Notes: generated by a model not told the origin, from the letters alone. 64,000 bases of DNA from Candidatus Dojkabacteria bacterium (GCA_016929645.1 JAFGIK010000028.1:11402-75401); one strand, 5' to 3'. Positions 22,040 to 32,514 are shown, numbered from the stretch's first letter. A program made the numbers and translations.

Positions 22040-25000
22040 AGAAACATCTACCAAAAATCCTGTAACACTAATAATTCATGGAGCAAATACTATTGGTGAA
22101 AAACTGACAGAGCTACTATCGACACAAAAAAGTCAGATTGTACTTGTCGATACCTTTACAAAGGCAAAAGACCAGTTACTTCGAAATATGAAGGAAAAAT
22201 ATAATATTTTCTCCTACGATATTTCAGGGCTTGAATCAATCAGTAAAAAGTATAAAAGAATTGACTACATATTCCTTCTCAATAATGACGAATTCGAACA
22301 AAAAGAAGCTTTATCTTCGAAGGAATTTTTATCTGAAACAAATATCGCAGATGTTGCATTTAAACTTGGTGTCAGACATTCATCCAAAATTCTTTTAGCT
22401 TCAACGATTGAACTTCACCGATTAATTACTGAACAAAAAGATACATGGGCAGACAAGTTATCGGAGGTATCAGCAAAAAACGCCTACACACCAGCTGAAT
22501 TACAGCGATATTGCGAAAACCTAGCAGCGGAATATCACGATCAATCAGGGTTAAATGTACGTATTGCTAGACTAGGTGAGATCATCGGCAAAAAAATATC
22601 AACAGAAAAAGAAACCATATTTGTTCAAATGGTAAAAGAGGCTATTACAAAACCGCGAATTACAATAAAAGGAGAAGGTCTTGATTACAGCTACTATGTG
22701 CATTTACTTGATGCAGTTTATGGATTGATTAAGGCTATGTTTAGTTCAAAAACTAACGGTGAGGTTTTTACAATAAGTTACCCTGAAGAAATTTCCGTTT
22801 TAAATCTTGCATATAGAATTTTAGAGCTCAATCCCAAGGCAACAGAGATCGTTTTTACTGAAGCAGAAGAAGAAACAATGCAAAAAGGAGTTTATATTCC
22901 AGCTCAAAACCTTACAAAACTTGGATGGAAACCAAAAATTCCATTTGAAAAGGCACTTCACGAAACTATTGAATATTTTTATGAACAATACAAAATAAAA
23001 TGGGATGATAAGCCAACAGCAGAAAGAAAACCGATCAAAGATAAGCCTAAAGTATTGCCACACAGATCCGAAAAGCTTACGGCTACAGGAAAAGCACTAT
23101 TAGCAGTATCTGGGCCCTTAAAAGGATTTTTTGGAGCAATATCAGAAACATTTTCTGAATTCTTCAGCAAATTTAAACACATTTCTTTGAAACCAAAAAA
23201 TTTAATCAAATATGGAATTTACGGAACAATTTTTCTAATCCTTTACATTTTCATAATCAATCCAATATTTCAGATAGTCGGAGGAAGTACATTAACCTAT
23301 TACTACGGGCAAAAAGGGTACAACGAAGCGAAATCACTCGAAACAGAAAAAGCTGCCAGGTCACTAGAAAAAGCCAACTATTTTGCATCAGTGTCAACAT
23401 CAGGATGGGAAGGTTTATTCTGGCTTAAATATATCAAAGGTGTAGATGAAGAATACAATGATATGCTGTTAATTTCATCTTCCATAGAACATCTGACAAA
23501 ATCAGGCCAGTATCTTGTCCAAGGACTGGACCCATATGCAACATATTTTAAAGAATTCGAGCCAGTTGCTTCATTTGACGGATCTGCAGGACAAGGCTCT
23601 AGAGAGTACCTAAATGAGTTGAAGGATATGGAAAGCAATTTGCATTACATCGATAGTGCATCGTTTGAAATTTCACTTGCCAAGGAGTCTCTGACAAATG
23701 TAAATCCAGATGACTATCCAGAAGAAATTTCAAAATATATCAAAATGCTGAAAGACCAAACAGGTGAGACAAGCGACATAATAGGTACATTCAGCAGCTT
23801 CGCAGCATATATTCCTGAAATATTAGGAAAAGACGGGAGACAAACCTATGTCATTTTATTAAAAAACCCAATGGAATTACGAAGTACAGGAGGCTGGATT
23901 TCTTGTTTTGCAATCGTTGGAATAGAACATGGTCAAGTTAGAGAATTAGAAGTTAAAGATGTTTATGAAGCAGATGGTAAACTTGATGAGAAAATTGCTC
24001 CACCTGAAATGATGCAAGATGCACTTGATATCAATCAGTGGAATCTTTCGCTTTCAAACTGGTCAGCAGATTATCCAGAATCAGCAGAGACAGCAGAATA
24101 TTTTTTGAAACTAGAAGATCAGATTGTAAGTGCTGATGGCATTATTTCTATTGATCTTGAATATGCAAGACAATTAATCGATATCTGGGGAGAGCTTAAG
24201 GTTGACTCAGAAGATGAAAAAGTAACAAAAGATAACCTTTACGATAAAATAATAGAAATTCATAGAAACTTTACACCAGGAAGTACAGAAAAGCCGGTGT
24301 TCCTATCAAATCTCGCAAATGCATTACTAGTCAAAACGCTTAAGAGCCCATCGAGTAAATGGCCAGCAATAGCTCAAACCACAGTTACAGCTTTGAACGA
24401 AAAGCATGTTCAAATTTATATGTTTAACAGTGAAATTGACAAACTCCTATCAGAACAAGGCTGGAACGGACAATTAGAGCACGACACTAATCAAGTATAT
24501 TTAGTCGAGTGGAACAATGGTGGCAACAAGGCCAACTATTTTATAGATAGGACAATAGACTACAAAATGATAATAATTGACGAAAATGAAGTTCAGCAGA
24601 AAGTCACAGTCAACTATACAAACAGAAGTACGGAAAACAGATATCCAGAAGGTGAATATGAGAACTTTGTTCGCCTTTATATTCCAATAGATGCAGATAT
24701 CACAAAAACTGATGGTGTATCATCATTAAAGATTTATAATGATGAAGCAAGAAATTTCAAAATCGTAACTGGCTGGGTTAATGTACCAATTAATTCAGCA
24801 AAACAATTTTCAGTTTCTTATGCACTTACTAGTGACTCTCAAGATTTTCCACTTACAGTAGAACCAGGGGGAAAAATAAAATACACGCTTAACCTAAAAA
24901 AACAATCCGGTACAATGAACGATGAGATCACAGTTCAAGTTGCATATCCAGAACAATGGAATCCTTTTGATTATCCCAACATGCATAGAGAGATTAACTC

Positions 25001-25061
25001 TCTTGTTGAAGATAGTGAATTAAAAACTGATAAAAAAGTCGAAATAATATGGGAGTTATAA
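22032..25061 (+). CDS. Large envelope-associated protein: N-terminal NAD(P)-binding Rossmann-like domain (~330 aa), one TM helix, ~600-aa extracytoplasmic domain
   Basis: Glycine-rich loop LIIHGANTIGEKL and a TM at about aa 390 (YGIYGTIFLILYIFIINPIF). It sits between the PEGA and CapA-like genes, each start overlapping the preceding stop. Confidence 0.45.
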   Translation: MSKETSTKNPVTLIIHGANTIGEKLTELLSTQKSQIVLVDTFTKAKDQLLRNMKEKYNIFSYDISGLESISKKYKRIDYIFLLNNDEFEQKEALSSKEFLSETNIADVAFKLGVRHSSKILLASTIELHRLITEQKDTWADKLSEVSAKNAYTPAELQRYCENLAAEYHDQSGLNVRIARLGEIIGKKISTEKETIFVQMVKEAITKPRITIKGEGLDYSYYVHLLDAVYGLIKAMFSSKTNGEVFTISYPEEISVLNLAYRILELNPKATEIVFTEAEEETMQKGVYIPAQNLTKLGWKPKIPFEKALHETIEYFYEQYKIKWDDKPTAERKPIKDKPKVLPHRSEKLTATGKALLAVSGPLKGFFGAISETFSEFFSKFKHISLKPKNLIKYGIYGTIFLILYIFIINPIFQIVGGSTLTYYYGQKGYNEAKSLETEKAARSLEKANYFASVSTSGWEGLFWLKYIKGVDEEYNDMLLISSSIEHLTKSGQYLVQGLDPYATYFKEFEPVASFDGSAGQGSREYLNELKDMESNLHYIDSASFEISLAKESLTNVNPDDYPEEISKYIKMLKDQTGETSDIIGTFSSFAAYIPEILGKDGRQTYVILLKNPMELRSTGGWISCFAIVGIEHGQVRELEVKDVYEADGKLDEKIAPPEMMQDALDINQWNLSLSNWSADYPESAETAEYFLKLEDQIVSADGIISIDLEYARQLIDIWGELKVDSEDEKVTKDNLYDKIIEIHRNFTPGSTEKPVFLSNLANALLVKTLKSPSSKWPAIAQTTVTALNEKHVQIYMFNSEIDKLLSEQGWNGQLEHDTNQVYLVEWNNGGNKANYFIDRTIDYKMIIIDENEVQQKVTVNYTNRSTENRYPEGEYENFVRLYIPIDADITKTDGVSSLKIYNDEARNFKIVTGWVNVPINSAKQFSVSYALTSDSQDFPLTVEPGGKIKYTLNLKKQSGTMNDEITVQVAYPEQWNPFDYPNMHREINSLVEDSELKTDKKVEIIWEL

Positions 25062-26707
25062 ACATTAGCTCTAATAATATAGGCGCTAAGATCACTCCAA
25101 AAAAGAAATCTCCAAAATTAGCCTTTGTTGCCATTATTATTGTTGTTCTGATTTTAGCAGTTTTCTTAACTATAAAATATATTCCGGGATCAACTCAGAA
25201 AAACTCAGATAACAAAAGTGATAATCATAACATAACCGTCTTTTTTGACGAATCAACTCCAGAATCAATTCGAACAGCAGTTAATGAACTTGCACAGAAA
25301 TACGATTGGAGCATTACAGAAAAAAAAGAAGATAGCACATTACAAATTTCATCAGAAAAATTCACAAAAGACACGACAGATGACAGCAATAAAAATCCGG
25401 CGTTTAACCTATATCAAATTCTAGTTATTACAAAAGCCTGGAACAACCTACTTTCCACAAGCAATACAATTACAAATATTTCAGAAAAAATAGATTTTGA
25501 TTCGAATCTACTAATAGAAGAACCCTTCTCTGTTCCTACAGATAGAAGTCTGGATCAACAGGATCAACTTCATCTTGTCACACTTAGTGAGCTAGATAAT
25601 ACACGAATTGCCATCCCGGTTAATGGACATAACTTTTTTGATCAAGATCTATGGCTACAAGATTCCTCAAAAACTTATCCTATGATTTTAAACGTAAAAT
25701 TCTCAACACGAAACCCGGAGATCATAAAAATTCTGCGAGACAATCTACCAGACAATGACTCACTAACTAATCTTGGGTACATGATCAAATTACCTCAATC
25801 AAGCGATTTTGTATCAATAATAAAAACAGGAACTTCGGTAATTGGTGGACCTGGATGGACTTTATGCGAGCAACGAAAAGGGATTCAATATCCAATATTA
25901 GAAGTAAAAGACACAGTTTCAAATGCAGATTTTACAATAATAAGCAATGAGGGTTCATTTGTAGAAGGTTGTACACAATCAGCTGGCACAACAGCATTTT
26001 GCGGAAAACCCACATATCTTCAAAACATGCTTGATATCGGCACTGATATTGTCAGCCTGACAGGAAATCATATGGCTGACTATGGAAAAACTGCATTTTC
26101 TAACACTTTAGCAACTTATAGAAATAATAACATTAACTATTATGCCGGTGGAGACAATCTTGAAGAGTCATGGAAACCTCTCTATATTGAAACATCGGCT
26201 GGCATAATAGCCTTTTTAGGATACAACAATATGGGTCCTTCAGGAGTTTTGTCCGGAAATGGACTCGCAGGAACTGCATATTTCGATGTAGATGAATTTA
26301 CAAAAAGTATGGATGAAGCATCTCAAAATGCTGATATCATTTGGGTTGACTCACAATTATGGCCAGAATACGGTACAACTCCAACGCAGGAGCAGATTGA
26401 TCACGCAGATCAAGCAATTGACCTTGGAGCAGATATCGTTACCGGGGTATCTTCTCACGAAATTCAAGGAATCACATATTATAACGATAAACCAGTCTTC
26501 TACGGTCTTGGAAATTTCCTTTTTGACCAGATGTGGTCTACTGAAACCCGTCAGGGCATTGTTCTAAAGGTAATAATTTACGATAAAGAAATCCGATATA
26601 TAGAACTTATGCCAACAATGATGTACGACTACTGCCAACCACGATTTCAGGAAGGAGAAGAGAAAGACACAACAATTGAATACATACTTGGAATCTCAGA
26701 TCTCTAG
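25049..26707 (+). CDS. CapA/PgsA-like metallophosphatase-fold capsule biosynthesis protein, N-terminally membrane anchored
   Basis: TM anchor then a CapA-type domain (TGNHMADYG ... YYAGG ... IAFLGYNN ... SHEIQG ... GLGNFLFDQ). Confidence 0.6.
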   Translation: MGVINISSNNIGAKITPKKKSPKLAFVAIIIVVLILAVFLTIKYIPGSTQKNSDNKSDNHNITVFFDESTPESIRTAVNELAQKYDWSITEKKEDSTLQISSEKFTKDTTDDSNKNPAFNLYQILVITKAWNNLLSTSNTITNISEKIDFDSNLLIEEPFSVPTDRSLDQQDQLHLVTLSELDNTRIAIPVNGHNFFDQDLWLQDSSKTYPMILNVKFSTRNPEIIKILRDNLPDNDSLTNLGYMIKLPQSSDFVSIIKTGTSVIGGPGWTLCEQRKGIQYPILEVKDTVSNADFTIISNEGSFVEGCTQSAGTTAFCGKPTYLQNMLDIGTDIVSLTGNHMADYGKTAFSNTLATYRNNNINYYAGGDNLEESWKPLYIETSAGIIAFLGYNNMGPSGVLSGNGLAGTAYFDVDEFTKSMDEASQNADIIWVDSQLWPEYGTTPTQEQIDHADQAIDLGADIVTGVSSHEIQGITYYNDKPVFYGLGNFLFDQMWSTETRQGIVLKVIIYDKEIRYIELMPTMMYDYCQPRFQEGEEKDTTIEYILGISDL

Positions 26708-26749
26708 GAAATTTGAACCAACATAATTATAGATCGTACAGTTTAGTCA

Positions 26750-27163
26750 CTAACGTGATAACAATTGTTTGGTGATTTTTGCTTTTGGCATATACTTCAA
26801 GATATCTTCAACTGTCACATGGCCATTAGAAAGAAGCTCGTGAACATCTAGGATTTCGTTAGAGCTAATACCTGATTTTTGAGAGAAACTCGAAATCTCA
26901 TCAATCACAAGATCTGTATTAACTGGCATACGACTTGAAACACCAAGAGGTTGAATAAATGTAGCCATCTGGCTTGCTTTACAATTTTCACAAAAAAAAT
27001 GTATAATCGTCGAGTAATTATTGTTTTGGAGAATTTCTAAATTCTCAGGTTGGTAAGCAGTACCACATTTATCACAATATTTAGCAACATGCTCAAGAAA
27101 AAACTTTTTTTTCATATTTTGATCAGTTGTTTTACTTTTGTTTTTTTTGACATCACTATCCAT
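26750..27163 (-). CDS. Hypothetical zinc-ribbon protein, divergent from rpoD
   Basis: CDKCG...CENCK Cys4 pattern; no family recognised. Confidence 0.35.
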   Translation of the reverse strand: MDSDVKKNKSKTTDQNMKKKFFLEHVAKYCDKCGTAYQPENLEILQNNNYSTIIHFFCENCKASQMATFIQPLGVSSRMPVNTDLVIDEISSFSQKSGISSNEILDVHELLSNGHVTVEDILKYMPKAKITKQLLSR

Positions 27164-27188
27164 TAACCTATATTATACCATACAACTA

Positions 27189-28298
27189 ATGGCCAACTTA
27201 AAAAAATCAATAAAAAAAGAGAAATATCGAAAAATTGCCTTAAAGCTAATTAAAAAGGGTAAAGATCAAGGATTTTTAACCCAGGATGATATTTTGTTCG
27301 AATTTCCAAATGTAGAAACAAATCTTGATATTCTGGATCAGATATTTTCCTCACTTCAGGACCAAGGTATAGAGGTAATTGATTCAGGTTACGATGAAGA
27401 TGATGATAACAACGAAGAGCAACTTACTCTCGAACACAAGATTAAAATTCTCAAATCAATCCAATCAAACATTTCAACAGACGCTGTTAGATCCTATCTA
27501 CAGGAAATCGGCAAAACTCCACTTTTGACTGCAGAGGAAGAGGTTATATTAGCAAAAAGAATCGAGAAAGGTGACGAAGAAGCAAAACAGCTTTTAGTCA
27601 CAGCAAACTTACGTTTAGTTGTAAGTATTGCAAAAAAATATGCACATAGAGGACTTCATTTACTTGACCTTATTCAAGAAGGAAATATTGGACTCATAAG
27701 AGCAGTTGAAAAATTTGATTACAAGAGAGGCTTTAAATTTTCTACATATGCAACATGGTGGATAAGACAAGCAATTACAAGATCGATTGCTGATCAGGCT
27801 CGTACAATCAGAATCCCAGTTCACATGCATGAAACAATTAACAAACTGAACAAAGTATCTTCAGAGCTTGCAACAAAACTTGGACGAAAACCAAAGCCAG
27901 TAGAGATTGCCAAAGCTATGCGAATTGAAATTGAGAAAGTTCATGAAATTTTGAAAATTGCACAACAACCAAAATCACTTTCAGCACAGATTGGTAAAGA
28001 GCAAGACAGCGAGCTGCAAGACATTATTCCAGATGAACAATCAATGACTCCAGAGACCCTAGCTACAAATGCCTTTTTAAAGAGCCAGATGAAGGAAATT
28101 CTTGACACATTACAGGATCGAGAGAAAAGAGTGCTCGAACTTCGTTTCGGCCTCCAGGATGGAGTCACAAGAACGCTAGAAGAGGTTGGACGAGAATTCA
28201 ATGTAACAAGAGAACGGATACGACAAATTGAAGCCAAAGCATTAAAGAAGCTAAAAGTCGCCTCAATGGAAAAACAGCTAAAAGACTACATTGATTAA
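27189..28298 (+). CDS. rpoD: RNA polymerase sigma-70 factor RpoD. The MANLKK ATG at 27189 is the probable start.
   Basis: Regions 1.2 to 4 are present, including the [10 protein letters not shown] and [13 protein letters not shown] signatures and a region 4 HTH. Confidence 0.9.
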   Translation: MANLKKSIKKEKYRKIALKLIKKGKDQGFLTQDDILFEFPNVETNLDILDQIFSSLQDQGIEVIDSGYDEDDDNNEEQLTLEHKIKILKSIQSNISTDAVRSYLQEIGKTPLLTAEEEVILAKRIEKGDEEAKQLLVTANLRLVVSIAKKYAHRGLHLLDLIQEGNIGLIRAVEKFDYKRGFKFSTYATWWIRQAITRSIADQARTIRIPVHMHETINKLNKVSSELATKLGRKPKPVEIAKAMRIEIEKVHEILKIAQQPKSLSAQIGKEQDSELQDIIPDEQSMTPETLATNAFLKSQMKEILDTLQDREKRVLELRFGLQDGVTRTLEEVGREFNVTRERIRQIEAKALKKLKVASMEKQLKDYID

Positions 28299-28350
28299 CA
28301 TTGCGAAAAATTCCCAGCGCAGAAAGATACTCAAACAAAGGAATCAGAAA

Positions 28351-28572
28351 TCATTCTAAATCGTTTCGTTCCACTAACAAAAATTCTTCCTCACGAGAAT
28401 TAACTTCATCAATTGACACTCTTGTAAATTCCGTAGTAATAGGAGTTAGATAAGATTGATAATCAGGCTCAACATCACTAGTTCTAAGCCTGAAAAAAAT
28501 TTCGAGTCCAATCCAAACAACAACTGCAACAATTGAAAAAAGAATAATTACAGACCATTTACTCATTTTCAT
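28351..28572 (-). CDS. Small single-pass membrane protein, last gene of the pilN/pilO cluster
   Basis: 73 aa with an N-terminal TM; a possible PilP-like accessory. Confidence 0.3.
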   Translation of the reverse strand: MKMSKWSVIILFSIVAVVVWIGLEIFFRLRTSDVEPDYQSYLTPITTEFTRVSIDEVNSREEEFLLVERNDLE

Positions 28573-28591
28573 CTAGATTGTATTTTTAAAA

Positions 28592-29233
28592 TTAAATCTC
28601 TTCTTGCGAGTTAGTAGTATCAACGGTGTTGGTTAAATCGCTCGAGGCTTGTTTATACATTCGCATAGTGATAATAATTTCGACACTTGTTGGATCCTCT
28701 CTGCCAGGAATAAATGAAACACTAGTAATATCAGGAATCGTGGGAAGATTCTCGAGATGTGCAACATATTCTGTAATATTTGAAAAAGGACCTGTCGCTG
28801 AAATACTTACTGAAACAGTTTCCATATCTGAGTAAAGCGATGTATTACTAAATGTATCTGAACCAGATTCGATTGCGATATTTTTTGATTTGAAACCATA
28901 AGTATTTCCAACTTTTTCTACACTTGCAAGAAACAAACTATAATCACCATTTTCAGGGAAAAAAACATCAAGGAAAGACAATTCGTCCTGACTCTCAAGG
29001 TAATCTGTCTGCAATGACTGGATACTATTTAGCTTTGCCTGAAGAGCTGCATCAACTTGTTCACGCTCCTTGATCTCACTATATAACGATGAAATCGTAG
29101 CGACTGTTGGCCGAATAGCTCCAATCAAGAAAATTAAAACCAATACAAGAGTAAATCCAAGAAACGAATAAGTCCTTCTTTGAGGATTTTCCAAAAAACG
29201 TCTTAATGATTCTCTGTATGTAACTACTGCCAT
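28592..29233 (-). CDS. pilO: Type IV pilus assembly protein PilO-like (bitopic, coiled coil)
   Basis: Short cytoplasmic N-terminus, TM, coiled coil, periplasmic domain. Immediately downstream of the pilN-like gene. Confidence 0.5.
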   Translation of the reverse strand: MAVVTYRESLRRFLENPQRRTYSFLGFTLVLVLIFLIGAIRPTVATISSLYSEIKEREQVDAALQAKLNSIQSLQTDYLESQDELSFLDVFFPENGDYSLFLASVEKVGNTYGFKSKNIAIESGSDTFSNTSLYSDMETVSVSISATGPFSNITEYVAHLENLPTIPDITSVSFIPGREDPTSVEIIITMRMYKQASSDLTNTVDTTNSQEEI

Positions 29234-29297
29234 TTCATTAATAAAAAATTAAAATCAAAAAATACAACTATATCTCAAATTCCATAATACAAATTGT

Positions 29298-29843
29298 TTA
29301 TCTATCATAGGTAGCAATAACATTGAACTTAATTTCAGCACCTTCTCCACCTTCTTTTGCAAGAGAAACATCAACATTTGAATAAACAGGATCAAGTCTC
29401 AGATTGTTTTCCAATTTTTTTATTGGATCATAGCTTGAAGCATGACACGCCATAAGCAAAGAGTCTTCAGAAATGGTAAAAGAGTCAAGCGTCACACCAG
29501 ATGGAATCTTATCCAGAGCATCTTCAATATCACTTGATTTCAGTTCTTGATTTTCGAGAATTAACGAAAGGTTAACAAGAGAATTCTCAATTCGTCTCAA
29601 TTTCCGCTCATTAGAAGCCTGTTCATCAAGTGCAAGAACCTTTGCCTCCATAGAATCTTTCAGATCATTATTTTTCACATCGAGATAAAACCTGCTGAAA
29701 AATGCAAGTATTACTACAAGTTCAACACCTACAATGATATATCGACCCACTGCAAACACCCAATCATAGATCTTATCCCAGGTATTTTTGGGCTCAAAAG
29801 TCGGCTCAAGCAAATTTATTGTCTTAGGCAGTGTTTTTGTCAT
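29298..29843 (-). CDS. pilN: Type IV pilus assembly protein PilN-like
   Basis: N-terminal INLL(P) motif (KTINLLEP) followed by a TM and coiled coil. Confidence 0.6.
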   Translation of the reverse strand: MTKTLPKTINLLEPTFEPKNTWDKIYDWVFAVGRYIIVGVELVVILAFFSRFYLDVKNNDLKDSMEAKVLALDEQASNERKLRRIENSLVNLSLILENQELKSSDIEDALDKIPSGVTLDSFTISEDSLLMACHASSYDPIKKLENNLRLDPVYSNVDVSLAKEGGEGAEIKFNVIATYDR

Positions 29844-29936
29844 AATTTATACAGTAAGGATAACACAAACAGTAGGGAAATCAAGAAAATGACGAATTAA
29901 ATCTACTGTCTCGGAACAAATTCTTACTATTTAATT

Positions 29937-31370
29937 TTATTGATCAGATGGCATACTATCAACCTTAATTTCATCAATATCTCCTGGCCGCAAATTGTAT
30001 ACAGAAGATCCAATATTTACAACATACCTACCATACTCAAAAGTAATGCTCACAGCAGCTGTCTTTGAGGATTGCTTTGTTATACCAGCTCTACCAGTAG
30101 AAAAAGTAGTTTCTTGTGCAATCTCTTGTTCAAATGTAGAGGAGTAGGTCTCCATATCCAAATTACCCTCAGCAGTAAAGTTTTCGACATTAATAAAGTT
30201 ATACTCAAGCGATTCGACATTTGAATAATAAGAAACTGAATATTTGCCATCCTCCTTAATATCAAGAACAATATTAATATTTTCGATTTGAGTTGAACTC
30301 TCTGAATCACGACTAAAAACGAATGAACCAATATATCCTGGTTCGAATGTTCTTTTATCAACATTTTCGCTTAGTTTTGATAATTTCTCATTTAATTCAA
30401 CAGTACTTTGCATCAAGACAACATTGAAATCATAAACAACTTGCGAATGTGTATTTTCATAGTCATTAATTACCAGCTTTGCATCAGAATATGTAGATTT
30501 CAAGGCATTAAGATCAGCTGCACTGGCAGTATCATATGCGCTGAAATAGCGTGGGTCAGGAACTCCGTTAACACTAGGATACATTGCTAAATATTGATTC
30601 TGAATAGAAATTAAAGTCTGAATATAATTCTCAATGCTTTGAGTCTTTTCAATAAGCTTGTCTATCGACTCAATCATTGATTTTTTAATTTTTTGGCTAA
30701 ATTCATACTTTGGATCAAGAGCATCTACTCTCGCTTTAAGATCTTCATACTTTGTTCGCTGCTCAGTAAATTTTGCAAGCCTATCTTCGAAATCTTCTGT
30801 GTTTTTAGGATAAGTTGAATTTAATCTCACAAATTCAACTTCAAGACTTAAAACATCATCAAAATATTCCTGATATTCTTCGTATGAACTATCAGAAATA
30901 TCATTACATAATCCCACCGCCTCCTTGACTGATTCACGATTCTCAACGAAGGACTTAAAGATATACCACGGATTTGAATCAAGTTTATTTATTAAATCGA
31001 TAGTAAACATCATGTCATGAATATCTTTTTCCATGTCACTATAGGAATTCTCATCTGTAGTTAAGACTAAAAGATTCTTGCTACTTTCATCGTAAATAGA
31101 AGAAGAGAGTTCATCAATCTTTTCGATGTATTTTGTGGAAAGCGACTCATATTCTTTGTTTTTATTAAATCCATAAATAAGAACAGTTGCAATTAATCCT
31201 AATATCACAGTGACAATTCCTACAATCAGCCAACGTTTGCTTCTATTCGAACGAAATTTAGCATCTTTTTTCTCTGATTTTTCTGAATCTTTCTGCAATT
31301 TGGAATATTGGTTATTAGCGACAGAGGATCCCAGTGCTTTTGACTTTTGTAATAATGTTTTTTTTGACAT
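29937..31370 (-). CDS. Membrane-anchored protein of the pilus cluster (K-rich cytoplasmic N-terminus, TM, ~400-aa extracytoplasmic coiled-coil/beta domain). The MSKKT start is likely; the track's start at 31448 falls inside a palindromic repeat.
   Basis: ORF track entry with a TM at WLIVGIVTVILGLIATVLIYGF. It has no actin-like PilM fold. Confidence 0.4.
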   Translation of the reverse strand: MSKKTLLQKSKALGSSVANNQYSKLQKDSEKSEKKDAKFRSNRSKRWLIVGIVTVILGLIATVLIYGFNKNKEYESLSTKYIEKIDELSSSIYDESSKNLLVLTTDENSYSDMEKDIHDMMFTIDLINKLDSNPWYIFKSFVENRESVKEAVGLCNDISDSSYEEYQEYFDDVLSLEVEFVRLNSTYPKNTEDFEDRLAKFTEQRTKYEDLKARVDALDPKYEFSQKIKKSMIESIDKLIEKTQSIENYIQTLISIQNQYLAMYPSVNGVPDPRYFSAYDTASAADLNALKSTYSDAKLVINDYENTHSQVVYDFNVVLMQSTVELNEKLSKLSENVDKRTFEPGYIGSFVFSRDSESSTQIENINIVLDIKEDGKYSVSYYSNVESLEYNFINVENFTAEGNLDMETYSSTFEQEIAQETTFSTGRAGITKQSSKTAAVSITFEYGRYVVNIGSSVYNLRPGDIDEIKVDSMPSDQ

Positions 31371-31401
31371 GAATCTGTGCTCATAATTTAATTGACAAAG
31401 G

Positions 31402-31448
31402 ATTTTACATGAAATTTTAATGAAGTCCAGACCGAGACTCAGCTTCAT
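31402..31448. repeat. Palindromic repeat element, copy A (AAATTTTAATGAAG-TCCAGACCGAGACTCAGC-CTTCATTAAATTTTA)
   Basis: 14-bp AT-rich inverted arms around a GC-rich core. Closely related to the copy at 63550-63612 and to partial copies in metG. Confidence 0.7.
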
Positions 31449-31545
31449 TAAATTTTAACCAAAACAAAATTTTAATTCGTGTTATAATAGTAATTTATGC
31501 CGATATTGCACCGGAATTATATAAACTTGATCATAAAAAATTTAT

Positions 31546-32421
31546 ATGTTCCCTTTTAGCCGCGGAAGAAGACTATTATTACAAGCAGCAGCTATTGGTA
31601 CAGCAGCATATCTTCTCTCATCTTGCGACACGGCAAAACAAGATCAAAAGCGAATCTTGGAATATGCCACAACCTTGCCCAAAAGTTCTGGAGATGTACA
31701 ATGGACAGGAAATGTCACTTTTGTTGAAAACCAGAAGCGGGCGATAACAGGAATTCATGTCGATATAGAACCATCAGGCAGACCAAAGTTTGAAATGAGA
31801 GATATTCAAATGATGACACTCGACGCCTCCGGTAATCCAGCCACTTACGAATTGCTACAAATAGGTCTTAAAAAAGAGCATAACCATCTATTTGTTCTTG
31901 ATTGGGTACGAAACACGCTTTTTGACCAACATCCAGAAATGTTCTATCAATGCGGAATAGAGGAAATACTAAGACTTGTTGATGGATTAGCCTTTTTGAT
32001 GCTATCTCCAGAAGAGCAGCAAATTATCGATAATGGAGGAACTCGCTACTACGGACAGAGAGAACACTTATATAAACCTGACGGACAACCGTACTTTAGA
32101 GACCCAACAAACAATTCAGTAAGTGTCATTGAAGCTGGCGAAAGATATACCTGGAGTCCAGAGGACGGACTTACGGCTAAAGCACTTATTGCGACACACA
32201 TCCTTTCCGCTAAAGCACAACAAATTAATGAAGGCGGAATACAATGCATTGCTCAGATATGGCTAAATAAACAGATGAGTACTGGATATTCCACATGGGA
32301 CGTTGCTGCAAATTTTCCAGAAATCGGAGCTATCCAACAAATATGTGATAGCCAGACAGGAATTCAAACACAAATTGGAGGAATATCTGGTGAGCCAGCT
32401 AGCTATCCATTTAGCTGGTAA
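31546..32421 (+). CDS. Putative lipoprotein with a twin-arginine-like signal (SRGRRLLLQAAAIG...LLSSC)
   Basis: RR motif, hydrophobic region and LSSC lipobox. The gene looks GC-richer than its neighbours. Confidence 0.45.
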   Translation: MFPFSRGRRLLLQAAAIGTAAYLLSSCDTAKQDQKRILEYATTLPKSSGDVQWTGNVTFVENQKRAITGIHVDIEPSGRPKFEMRDIQMMTLDASGNPATYELLQIGLKKEHNHLFVLDWVRNTLFDQHPEMFYQCGIEEILRLVDGLAFLMLSPEEQQIIDNGGTRYYGQREHLYKPDGQPYFRDPTNNSVSVIEAGERYTWSPEDGLTAKALIATHILSAKAQQINEGGIQCIAQIWLNKQMSTGYSTWDVAANFPEIGAIQQICDSQTGIQTQIGGISGEPASYPFSW

Positions 32422-32485
32422 ATGAAACTCGCTCGATAAACTCAATAAATTTGGCCAAAATTCCAAATTAATAATGCAAAAAACA

Positions 32486-32514
32486 TTTACATATCAACCG
32501 TTTTATGGTATAAT
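32486..32514 (+). promoter_or_regulatory. Sigma-70 promoter of ssrA: TTTACA-N17-TGgTATAAT (extended -10)
   Basis: -35 at 32486-32491, TG at 32506-32507, -10 at 32509-32514; tmRNA 5' end 11 nt downstream. Confidence 0.6.

Noticed and set aside
29937-31448. N-terminal 26 codons of the track ORF (MKLSLGLDFIKISCKILCQLNYEHRF)
   Set aside because: They are encoded by palindromic repeat copy A. A cleaner start (MSKKT...) follows at 31370, so the extension is probably an artefact of the repeat.
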